DNA from: an uncultured bacterium
GTDB taxonomy: Bacteria; Fermentibacterota; Fermentibacteria; Fermentibacterales; JCC-6
Length of the DNA stretch: 64,000 bases
Direction of reading: 5' to 3'
NCBI GenBank assembly: GCA_964571965.1
Contig: CAZNFQ010000001.1
Coordinates: 30,531 to 94,530, forward strand
Position 1 is the stretch's first letter. The number at the start of each line of letters is the position of its first letter. This document shows positions 54,205-62,567 of the stretch, one piece after another. The notes under the pieces were generated by a model that did no database searches, had not been told where the DNA came from, and saw only the letters and a program-made list of their open reading frames with translations. Both the position numbers and the translations under genes were made by a program.

Positions 54205-55253
54205 CTCCCTGCTGCATCCATGAGTTCCAGAAATTTCTCGTATACCGTTTCAGGTTCTATGCCCAGGGTGTTGTCCTGAAACTCATATAGTTTCTCGTTC
54301 TTCACATGCATGTGTATCGGAAGGTGCCATGCGGTCCATTTCCATGGATTGGTATTCGGTCCGAAAACAGTCAGCGTAGGGGTTCCAACAGCGGTTGCCA
54401 GATGATGTATGCCTCCATTGTTCCCTATGTAGGCAGCAGCCTTCTCTATGAAAGCCCCTGCTTCGTTGAAGGTGGTTGCAGGGGCAACCAGCGGTTTTTC
54501 GTGCATGAGGGATTCCATGATCCTGATTTTCTCTTCCTCGCCGGGCCCCCATAAAAGAAGAGTCCTGTATCCTGCCTCCGCTGTTATCATATCGGCCACA
54601 GCGGAGAATCTTTCCAGGTCCCATTGTCGTCTTGCCACAGGTGTTACAGGTGAGAATACCACCGTTCTCTCTCCTTCGAGCCCATTGCTGAGGTACCATT
54701 CAGCGGCTTTTCTTCTGGAGGTTTCCCTGAGGTGTATGAATGTTTCTCCTCCGTCGTCATGGATGCCCAGGGGAGAAAGCATCCCGAATTTTGCCCTGGC
54801 TGAATAGATCTGATTGTTCTTCAGGGTTCTGTGGTTGTAAACCCAGTTGCAGCCCTTCAGCATGCTCCATTTCTTGGTTTTATGCCATCCAAGACGGAGT
54901 CCTGCACCGCTGAAAAGAACGATCTGTGAAGCTCCCGGCCCTCTGGCCTGATCGATTACAAGGTCATACTGCCTGCCATGGATCCGCCTCAGAAGGCGAA
55001 GCCGGGCAAGGAGGTAGCCGGCTGAATTTCTTTTTTTCCGTTCCATTATGACCAGTTCATCTATGTTCGGATTATCCTCGAGAACCTGGGAATAAGGCTT
55101 CTGTACCAGAAAGTCTATTCTGCTGCGGGGAAATTTCCTTCTCAGTGCAGGAAGATAAGCTGTGTTCAGAAGAACGTCTCCGAAAGGTTTGTACTGTATG
55201 ATCAGTATTTTCTTCACGGAAGCCAGTTTCCCTTCCGGTATCACACCTGTCAC
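54192..55253 (-). CDS. Glycosyltransferase family 9 (heptosyltransferase-like)
   Basis: KKILIIQYKPFGDVLLNTAYLPALRRKFP N-terminus and YIGNNGGIHHLATAVGTPTLTVFGP C-terminal motif. GTG start overlaps the upstream stop (GTGA). Confidence 0.85.
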   Translation of the reverse strand: MTGVIPEGKLASVKKILIIQYKPFGDVLLNTAYLPALRRKFPRSRIDFLVQKPYSQVLEDNPNIDELVIMERKKRNSAGYLLARLRLLRRIHGRQYDLVIDQARGPGASQIVLFSGAGLRLGWHKTKKWSMLKGCNWVYNHRTLKNNQIYSARAKFGMLSPLGIHDDGGETFIHLRETSRRKAAEWYLSNGLEGERTVVFSPVTPVARRQWDLERFSAVADMITAEAGYRTLLLWGPGEEEKIRIMESLMHEKPLVAPATTFNEAGAFIEKAAAYIGNNGGIHHLATAVGTPTLTVFGPNTNPWKWTAWHLPIHMHVKNEKLYEFQDNTLGIEPETVYEKFLELMDAAGSYLK

Positions 55254-55642
55254 TGAAGGCGATCCTTTCCATACTCCGTGTATTCCTTTTCTTCCATTAT
55301 CATGGAATCGGTCTGCATGCTTATCTTTCTCTTCATGGCCGCACGTCTGTCGTTCTGCATGTATACTCCCCTGGCACAGCGGATGAACTCTTCTCCGAAA
55401 TCCCCTGCGGCTTCCAGTTTTCTTATCCGGTCTTCTATATCCCAGATGCGGAGATTAACCTCCTTCAGTTCAATGAACTCAGGTGATTCCGGGGTTATGC
55501 CCAGTTTCTCCATTTCTGCGATGAGGAGGTCATACTCGAGCTGAACGTTGTCTGTTTTCCGCCTGTCGGTGATCTTCTCGAGTTTAATGGAAAGTATTGT
55601 CACCTTGTCAACTACTTCTCCAGTGGACACATCTATTTTCAT
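55250..55642 (-). CDS. Small coiled-coil protein, DUF6165-like
   Basis: MKIDVSTGEVVDKVTILSIKLEKITD...NLRIWDIEDRIR pattern. As I recall, DUF6165 genes often sit next to GT9/LPS genes. Family assignment is from memory. Confidence 0.5.
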   Translation of the reverse strand: MKIDVSTGEVVDKVTILSIKLEKITDRRKTDNVQLEYDLLIAEMEKLGITPESPEFIELKEVNLRIWDIEDRIRKLEAAGDFGEEFIRCARGVYMQNDRRAAMKRKISMQTDSMIMEEKEYTEYGKDRLQ

Positions 55643-55742
55643 TCAGTGCTCCCTGCTGTCTGCCCGGTCCATTGACTTGGAGTTATAATGTGAACAGAAA
55701 TAATACAGTAAGAAATATTCACCGTGCAAGAGCGAGGTTTCC

Positions 55743-56864
55743 TTGAGGATAGTTTTCCTTTTTTTCAACGGATTGCATCAGCTTTATCACACTGCGGGAA
55801 CCGCCATGGAGCTGGGTTGTCTTTCTTCAGAAGCAGAGGTTCTCTGCCTTTCCTGCAACCGGGAACACACCTCGGCCCTGGAACGGGTGAGAAGCCTCTT
55901 TCCCGGTACGAAGACCGTTATCAGGGAAATACCCCAGCCTTTCAGGTACAGGTTCCTGAACATCAAGGGAAAGATGTATCCCTCGGTTAACGCCATGGTG
56001 CGCAGATCGGGAAAGATCCTGAACCGTTCTGACGCAGTGGTTACAACATCCCACGGCACACCGGGATTGCTCAGGAAGTTCGGTATAGACAAACCCAGGA
56101 TCATTTATCAGTATCATGGCTGCGGCGACAGAAGGTACGGATTCGACCCCGGCTTCAAAAGAATGGATATGATGCTTCTTCCCGGCGAGTATCACAGAAA
56201 GCGGCTTCTTGATCAGGGCATAACAACCGGGATGCCAACCTGGACCGTGGGCTGGCCGAAGTTCGAAATAACAGGAAGAAGGACCCATGAACCCGTTTTC
56301 CCGAACACGAATCCTGTTGTTCTTTACAGCCCACACTGGGAGCCGGAACTGACTTCCTATTCGGATTTCTCACAGCCTGTGCTGGACTACTTCAGAAGGA
56401 ACAGGAGAATTAACCTTATATTCGCGCCTCATCTTCTTGTGAAACACTGGCGGGTTCACCACGGTTACAGGATGTACAGCAGCACAGGGCAGGATGATAA
56501 CATCATAATCGACTACGGTAGCCGCAGAGCGGTGGACGGGTCATGGCTTCAGGCGGCAGACGTCTACCTGGGCGATGTGAGCAGCATGGTCTACGAATTC
56601 ATTGCCCTCAAGCCCAGACCCTGCATATTCCTCAACGCCCATGGAGTTCGATGGAGAGGAAACCCGGACTACAGATTCTGGGAGTACGGGCCGGTGGTGT
56701 CGGGAATGGAGGAACTGGCAGAACTTCTCGAAGCACTTCCCGCTTCGGACGACAGGTATCTCGAAGTTCAGAAAAAGAGGATACCGGAGTATTTCAGCAT
56801 CACCGGCGAGTCCAACACCAAACGTGCGGCAAAAGCAATTCTGGAATACATGGAGACATTGTGA
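55743..56864 (+). CDS. CDP-glycerol glycerophosphotransferase family protein (TagF-like) 2
   Basis: VVLYSPHWEPE and ADVYLGDVSSMVYEFIALKPRPCIF are TagF-type motifs. TTG 55743 lies 5 nt after GAGG. Confidence 0.7.
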   Translation: MRIVFLFFNGLHQLYHTAGTAMELGCLSSEAEVLCLSCNREHTSALERVRSLFPGTKTVIREIPQPFRYRFLNIKGKMYPSVNAMVRRSGKILNRSDAVVTTSHGTPGLLRKFGIDKPRIIYQYHGCGDRRYGFDPGFKRMDMMLLPGEYHRKRLLDQGITTGMPTWTVGWPKFEITGRRTHEPVFPNTNPVVLYSPHWEPELTSYSDFSQPVLDYFRRNRRINLIFAPHLLVKHWRVHHGYRMYSSTGQDDNIIIDYGSRRAVDGSWLQAADVYLGDVSSMVYEFIALKPRPCIFLNAHGVRWRGNPDYRFWEYGPVVSGMEELAELLEALPASDDRYLEVQKKRIPEYFSITGESNTKRAAKAILEYMETL

Positions 56865-57856
56865 AACTTGGAATTCTCAAGAGCTTCTGCGGTGAGTACA
56901 GGTACTATGTAAAATCCTGCAGTGAGCTTGGACTGGATCATGAGGTAGTCGACATCATTGCCCCGGACTGGATGGAAAGAATCAACCGGAGCAACTGTGA
57001 CGGATTTCTGTGCAGACCTCCTTCCAAAGTGCAGGAACGCAAAACGATGTTCGACGAAAGACTGATGGTGCTGAACAGGTTCATGAAGAAGGAGATCTAT
57101 CCGTCCCTGGATGAAATGCTTATCTATGAGAACAAGAGACTGGCCCATTACTGGCTTGGTGTTAACGGATTTCCCGCACCGGAAACATATGTTTTCTACA
57201 GGAAGAGGGATCTGAAGGTATTCCTTGACGGTTATGATTCCTATCCTCTGGTCTACAAATCCAATATAGGAGCCAAGGCCACCGGCGTAAGAATACTTCG
57301 GTCCAGGAAACAGGTGGAAAAACTGGGAAGGAAGATATTCGGCATTTTCAAAACACCCTCCCTCGCCAGGGGCTACACACCGGTAAAATCCGGTAAACTG
57401 CTGAAGGTTCCCGCAACGGGACTGCGCGAGAGACATACCATGCTGCTTCAGAAATATGAGAACATCAAGTGGGAGTGGCGCATGGTAAAAATCGGAGAAT
57501 CCTACTTCGGGCATAAAAAGCTTCTGGATCCCGGCGGTCTTGCAAGCGGTTCGAAACTCAAGGGATGGGGAGCCCCCCCCGAGGAGCTTCTCGAACTTAC
57601 CAGGAACATCTGCGAAAGTGGAAACTTCCGGTCCATGGCGGTGGACATTTTCGAAACCGTTGACGGAAGGTATCTCGTGAACGAACTCCAGTCCATATTC
57701 GGCCAGTCCACGGAACATCTGCTCATGGTGGATAACGTTCCGGGAAGGTATCTGGAAAAGGGGAAGTCCTTCCAGTTTCAGCCGGGAGACTTCGCCCGTC
57801 ACAACAGTTTCATGCTCAGAGTGAAACACTTCGTGGAGCTGCTGGAAAAACAATGA
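56861..57856 (+). CDS. ATP-grasp domain protein (RimK/ligase-like)
   Basis: YENKRLAHYWLGVNGFPAPETYVF...YPLVYKSNIGAKATGVRIL...WRMVKIGESYFGH...VDIFETVDGRYLVNELQ follows the ATP-grasp motif order. GTG 56861 overlaps the upstream stop (GTGA). The ORF-track start at 56543 is out of frame with, and inside, the previous gene. Confidence 0.75.
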   Translation: MKLGILKSFCGEYRYYVKSCSELGLDHEVVDIIAPDWMERINRSNCDGFLCRPPSKVQERKTMFDERLMVLNRFMKKEIYPSLDEMLIYENKRLAHYWLGVNGFPAPETYVFYRKRDLKVFLDGYDSYPLVYKSNIGAKATGVRILRSRKQVEKLGRKIFGIFKTPSLARGYTPVKSGKLLKVPATGLRERHTMLLQKYENIKWEWRMVKIGESYFGHKKLLDPGGLASGSKLKGWGAPPEELLELTRNICESGNFRSMAVDIFETVDGRYLVNELQSIFGQSTEHLLMVDNVPGRYLEKGKSFQFQPGDFARHNSFMLRVKHFVELLEKQ

Positions 57857-58938
57857 AGAAAATACTCTTCGATCTGAAGAAGGAATACTATCTGAACTCT
57901 TTGCTTCCCCTTTACCGGGCCATGTCCATGGACAGCCGCTATGATCTCTGGATAAGGTCGGGAACCGACAGTCATCGCTTTCTGGGAGTTATTCCCGTAT
58001 CCAACAGGAAAAGGATAGAAAGGAATCTGGTCAGAGAGGGCTTCAAGGTTACGGATGATACAAGGGGATTCCACGGCGTAGTCTGTGGTGATGCCCTGAA
58101 GAATCCTGAAAGGTACGACCGGGTTCCGCTTTTCCATCTGGATCATGGTGTGGGTATAAAAACACTGCGGATAAGGAACATCGTTAAGCAGAGGAACAGG
58201 CGGTACCATGTTTTCCTCGAGGGAAACTACTGGTTCGACTATGTAAAAAGCCTTGGCTGGGAAAACAGAGCAGACTTCCACATAACCGGTCTCCCCAAAC
58301 TGGATCCCTTCTTCAGGAAGGATTCGTTCAGCACAGAGGAGATACAGAACAGGCTCGGACTCGACCCGGGGAAGAAAACCGTGCTCTTCGCTCCTTCCTA
58401 CAAGCCCAGCTGCATTGGTGCCATAGGGGAAACTATCCTTGATCTGATTTCCGAGTACAATCTCATTGTCAAACTTCATCCCTACTCATGGGGGGGCAAG
58501 TACGCTCCGCACTCCCAGCACCGTCTTTACCAGAAACTTGCGGAGAGGAACAGAGGTTTCTGCCTTGTTCACAGGAATGATTTCGATGTGTACCCGTACC
58601 TCTTTGTTTCCGATACCCTTGTAAGCGACACATCAAGCGTTATAAACGAGTTTCTGGCACTGGGCAGGCATGGCGTCATCTATCAGCTTCCCTACGAAAA
58701 CCTGAATCATTCCGACGGCATGCCGGTTCTTTCCATAGATCCGGCAGAATGGCTTAAAGGGGCATTTCCCCACATAACCGAACCGCATCAGCTGAAAACC
58801 GCAGTTAAAACTGCCCTAAACCCGGATCAGAAGATGAGGGAGAAGCTTCAGGACTACAGGAATTACTTTTTTACCGGTCTTGACGGCAAGGCCTCTGAAA
58901 GGGTGAAAAAAGTCATCGATTCGGTTCTGGGCCTCTGA
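57853..58938 (+). CDS. CDP-glycerol glycerophosphotransferase family protein (TagF-like) 3
   Basis: TVLFAPSYKPS and SDTLVSDTSSVINEFLALGRHGVIY are TagF-type motifs. ATGA overlap with the ATP-grasp gene. Confidence 0.75.
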   Translation: MKKILFDLKKEYYLNSLLPLYRAMSMDSRYDLWIRSGTDSHRFLGVIPVSNRKRIERNLVREGFKVTDDTRGFHGVVCGDALKNPERYDRVPLFHLDHGVGIKTLRIRNIVKQRNRRYHVFLEGNYWFDYVKSLGWENRADFHITGLPKLDPFFRKDSFSTEEIQNRLGLDPGKKTVLFAPSYKPSCIGAIGETILDLISEYNLIVKLHPYSWGGKYAPHSQHRLYQKLAERNRGFCLVHRNDFDVYPYLFVSDTLVSDTSSVINEFLALGRHGVIYQLPYENLNHSDGMPVLSIDPAEWLKGAFPHITEPHQLKTAVKTALNPDQKMREKLQDYRNYFFTGLDGKASERVKKVIDSVLGL

Positions 58939-59821
58939 GGACTGAAGCCTTCCATCTTCTGTGAAACCATACCCACTGTTCCGGAGCGCCCTTTATCCAC
59001 TGGCCTATCCGCTGATTCAGCAGGATCAGTATATCTTCATGGGAATCATTCTCCGAGAAGTAGAGGGGTTTCTCTATCTCAAGGATGTAGCTGGAATCCT
59101 TTTGCCGAACTATATGCAGGGGAACCACTGGAACACCGAGCCTCCTTGCAAGCATGGAAGGGGCAACGGGGGTTCTGGCGGGAAAGCCCAGAAAATCCAC
59201 TGTCTCGCTCTGTACCCTGGAGGTGTCCTGATCTATCAGTATTCCCACGGCGGTATTGCTTCTGAAGAGCCTTACGATAGGTCCGACGCCTCTGTCTCTG
59301 TCCACCACGTGTATACCCGGGGCAGCCCTGAGTTTCTCCAGTACCTCCGATGCCCCTGAATGGGTCAGTGAACGGCCCACCACTCCGGTTTCGAAACCCT
59401 GAAGCTTGACGGCCCTTGGAATAAGCTCCCAGGCACTGAAATGAGCGGTAACCGCTATGGCGCCCTTACCATGGCTGAGCGCTTCAGCCATGTTTGCGGC
59501 ACCCTGCACCTTCACCTTATGCTGAAAAGCCCTGTCACTTCGCCTGGAGTAATGAAAAAAGTCAAAGTAACTGGTTAGTAACGATGCATATATGGCCGCA
59601 GTACCTGCCTTCAGTCCATTTTCGGCCATTACCGTCCGCCTGTGTTCATTTATAACCTTGCCGGCGGATAGGGGAAAAAGGGAAAGGATGAATCCAATGA
59701 ACCGTGCATTGAGCCTCAAAAGTGCGGATGGAGTACAGACACAGCAGAAAATCACGATCCTCACCGCAGGGGCGATAAGCAGGTGTCTGATCCGTCTCAG
59801 TGGTTTATTCTTTCTTTTCAT
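58913..59821 (-). CDS. Lysophospholipid/lipid A acyltransferase family protein (LpxL/HtrB-like)
   Basis: N-terminal TM (HLLIAPAVRIVIFCCV), then AVTAHFSAWELIP (H-x4-E/D acyltransferase motif) and GILIDQD. Start ATG 59821 is preferred; 59869 and 59914 are alternatives. Confidence 0.75.
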   Translation of the reverse strand: MKRKNKPLRRIRHLLIAPAVRIVIFCCVCTPSALLRLNARFIGFILSLFPLSAGKVINEHRRTVMAENGLKAGTAAIYASLLTSYFDFFHYSRRSDRAFQHKVKVQGAANMAEALSHGKGAIAVTAHFSAWELIPRAVKLQGFETGVVGRSLTHSGASEVLEKLRAAPGIHVVDRDRGVGPIVRLFRSNTAVGILIDQDTSRVQSETVDFLGFPARTPVAPSMLARRLGVPVVPLHIVRQKDSSYILEIEKPLYFSENDSHEDILILLNQRIGQWIKGAPEQWVWFHRRWKASVLRGPEPNR

Positions 59822-59908
59822 GGCTGCTGGAGAATACCTCCGGGAAGACTGAGCTGTCAAGAAACCCATTATATTAGCTTTTCCACAGGCAACGGGAGGA
59901 ATCTGGAA

Positions 59909-62560
59909 TTGCACAGGAAGCTGATACTCTTCGACACGCTGGGCATCCTATACAGGGGACACTACGCAATGATAAAGAGGCCCCTGAAGGGGAAAGACGG
60001 CACTGTTACAAGCGGCCTCAGTCACCTGCTTTCGGAACTTGCGCGTGCAATTGCCGATAACCCCGGTTCAGTTATAGCCGCAATCGGAGACGCGCCCGGT
60101 CCCACCTTCAGATCGGATATATTCCCGGAATACAAGGCTAACCGGCCTGAAACCCCCGAAGATCTCAGAGAACAGACAAGACTGGCCAGGGAGATAATAC
60201 CCCTGATGGGTATTCCATTCATTGAAAGAGAAGGCCTTGAAGCTGATGATCTCATTGCTTCACTGGCCAGATCTTCAAGCCTTCCAGTGCTTGTGGTATC
60301 TCCTGACAAGGATCTTCTGCAATTGGTTTCAGAGGGGATATCTGTCCTTCGCCCGGGAAGATACGGTGGGTCATCCACACTTGTTGAAGCAGGTGGGGTC
60401 AAAGACATAATGGGTGTCCCCGCGGGAAAAGTGGCTGACCTTCTGGCTCTGACGGGGGATTCTTCCGATAATATTCCAGGCGCAAAGGGCATAGGCCCGA
60501 AGGGTGCCGTAAAGCTTCTTGATGATTTCGATTCCGTGGAAGACATATACCGCAACCTTGACTCCGTTTCCCCGGAATCCCTTCGCAGGAAGCTTGCTGA
60601 TTCTGAAGATGCCGTCAGACTCAGCCTTGAACTCACACGCCTGGACAGACCCCTTCCATCAGATGTTTCCTTCAATGACATCGTAATGAGTGAACCTGAC
60701 CGCAATTCTCTTCTTCCAATACTGGACAGGCTCTCATTGTCCAAAGTTGCTGATTTCGCAGGTGTGGACCTGCAGCAGACCGATGCCGCCCCCGGGGAAA
60801 CGGAATACATCTGTAAAACAAACATCGTCGACTGTCCGGAAAACTTCCTGATACCCGGAGAAGGCCCGGTGAGCATAGACACTGAGACAACCTCCAGGAA
60901 CCCTTCAGAGGCGGAACTCATAGGGTTCTCGGTTACTTCCAGAGAAGATGAGAGCTGGTATGTTGATTACAGGAACTCAACCCGCAAAAGGGAATTTCTC
61001 CGTCTGCTGGGGAACATGGCGGTGGAGAGGGGATACCTGGCCCAGAACGCCAAGTACGACGCACGGGTGCTAGCCGGCTGCGGAGTTACCCTTCCGGTTC
61101 CCGCGGGAGATCCATATCTTGCAGACTACCTTCTTCGCCCTGAAGCAAGGGAGCATTCCCTGAAAAAGCTCGTACCACTCTGGCTGCGAAAGACCATGGA
61201 CACCTTCGAAGAGGTTTCCGGGGGTACGGGCACACTTGAAAATGTCCCTCTGGAACAAGTCGCCAGATACTGCTGCACGGATTCCGCCTCCACCCTTGCC
61301 CTTTCCAGAAGGCTCCAGAGGGAAATGGAGTCAGATCCCGGGCTTAAAGACGTCTATCATCGGGTGGAACTTCCCCTTTCAGCGATTCTTGCGCAGATGG
61401 AGATAACCGGCATCCGACTTGACAGGGAAGCCCTGCGCCAGGAGGGCGACAGCATAAACCGCGAGATTTTCCGTCTCATGGAGCTTGCAGCCGAGCAGAC
61501 AGGCAGATCCATAAATCTCGCCAGCCCATCACAGGTTGCCTCCGTTCTTTTCGATACCCTGGGCCTGGATCCCGTAAGGAAAACCAGCAAAGGAGCAAGA
61601 TCAACCGGTATTACAGTGCTGGAAGCACTCAGGGGAAAACACCCCTTCGTGGAAACCCTGATCGGATTCCGTGAACTGGCAAAGCTTCAGAACACTTATG
61701 TCCAGAAGCTTCCGGGGTATGTGAACACGAAAACTGGTCTGATCCACACCAGCTTCAACCAGGCTGTAACCGCCACCGGAAGACTCAGCTCTTCGAACCC
61801 GAACATGCAGAACATTCCAATACGAACCGAACGCGGCAGGGCAATCAGAAGGTGCTTCAAACCCCCTGAAGACGGGCACATGTTCGTAACGGCCGATTAC
61901 TCCCAGATAGAGCTGCGGCTTCTTGCCCATTTTGCAGGGGATGGTGTGTTGAGGCAGGCATATCGTGAAAAGGCAGATATACACAGCAGAACCGCAATGG
62001 CAGTTTTCGGCGATGCCCTGCCGGAACATCGAAGGAAAGCCAAGGAAGTTAACTTCTCCATAATCTATGGAATAAGCTCCTACGGACTCTCGCAAAGGCT
62101 TTCCATTTCACGGGGAGAAGCATCTGACATAATATCCCGCTATTACGAAACCTACCCCGAGGTAAGGGAGTTCTATGAAAAAACCGTCTCCCAGGCGGAA
62201 AAAAGCGGAGAGGTCAGGACCGTTCTCGGCAGAAAGAGGTCCTTTGCGGAGATGTCAGGGGCCAGGGGGAACGGTCGTAAACAGATGGAGCGTGCGGCGG
62301 TCAACTCCCGTGTTCAGGGTTCTGCCGCAGACATTATAAAACTTGCGATGATACGAGTGTCCGACACACTTAAAAGGGAACTTCCAGGGGCTTCACTGGT
62401 ACTGCAGGTACACGATGAGCTCGTTCTCACCTGTCCCGGGGATCAGGCAGAGAAAGCAGCTGAAATTCTGAAAGGGGAGATGGAATCGGCCATAGAGCTT
62501 CAGGTACCCCTCACCGTGGAAACGGGCACAGGGGAGAACTGGCTCGCAGCCGGCCATTAG
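59909..62560 (+). CDS. polA: DNA polymerase I
   Basis: 5'-nuclease LILFDTLGILYRGHYA and GDSSDNIPGAKGIGPKGA. Exonuclease motif SIDTETTS. Polymerase motifs ADYSQIELRLLAH, RRKAKEVNFSIIYG and LQVHDELV. TTG 59909 lies 8 nt after GGGAGGA. The ORF-track start at 59783 adds a non-homologous extension. Confidence 0.93.
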   Translation: MHRKLILFDTLGILYRGHYAMIKRPLKGKDGTVTSGLSHLLSELARAIADNPGSVIAAIGDAPGPTFRSDIFPEYKANRPETPEDLREQTRLAREIIPLMGIPFIEREGLEADDLIASLARSSSLPVLVVSPDKDLLQLVSEGISVLRPGRYGGSSTLVEAGGVKDIMGVPAGKVADLLALTGDSSDNIPGAKGIGPKGAVKLLDDFDSVEDIYRNLDSVSPESLRRKLADSEDAVRLSLELTRLDRPLPSDVSFNDIVMSEPDRNSLLPILDRLSLSKVADFAGVDLQQTDAAPGETEYICKTNIVDCPENFLIPGEGPVSIDTETTSRNPSEAELIGFSVTSREDESWYVDYRNSTRKREFLRLLGNMAVERGYLAQNAKYDARVLAGCGVTLPVPAGDPYLADYLLRPEAREHSLKKLVPLWLRKTMDTFEEVSGGTGTLENVPLEQVARYCCTDSASTLALSRRLQREMESDPGLKDVYHRVELPLSAILAQMEITGIRLDREALRQEGDSINREIFRLMELAAEQTGRSINLASPSQVASVLFDTLGLDPVRKTSKGARSTGITVLEALRGKHPFVETLIGFRELAKLQNTYVQKLPGYVNTKTGLIHTSFNQAVTATGRLSSSNPNMQNIPIRTERGRAIRRCFKPPEDGHMFVTADYSQIELRLLAHFAGDGVLRQAYREKADIHSRTAMAVFGDALPEHRRKAKEVNFSIIYGISSYGLSQRLSISRGEASDIISRYYETYPEVREFYEKTVSQAEKSGEVRTVLGRKRSFAEMSGARGNGRKQMERAAVNSRVQGSAADIIKLAMIRVSDTLKRELPGASLVLQVHDELVLTCPGDQAEKAAEILKGEMESAIELQVPLTVETGTGENWLAAGH

Positions 62561-62567
62561 TATAAGA

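Noticed and set aside
55643-55742. TTGACT...TATAAT in the divergent intergenic region as a canonical promoter
   Set aside because: The two hexamers are only 6 nt apart (cattgacttggagttataatg), so they cannot form one sigma-70 promoter. TATAAT alone may serve as a -10 element, but I could not pair it with a -35 element.
55724-55990. 88-aa plus-strand ORF (MQERGFLEDSF...)
   Set aside because: It is out of frame with, and overlapped by, the TagF-like gene starting at TTG 55743, which has an SD and family motifs.
56768-57853. 361-aa ORF antisense to the entire ATP-grasp gene
   Set aside because: The plus-strand product shows ordered ATP-grasp motifs and GTGA/ATGA coupling to its neighbours. The antisense product has no recognisable domain. 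I kept only a note inside the ATP-grasp finding.
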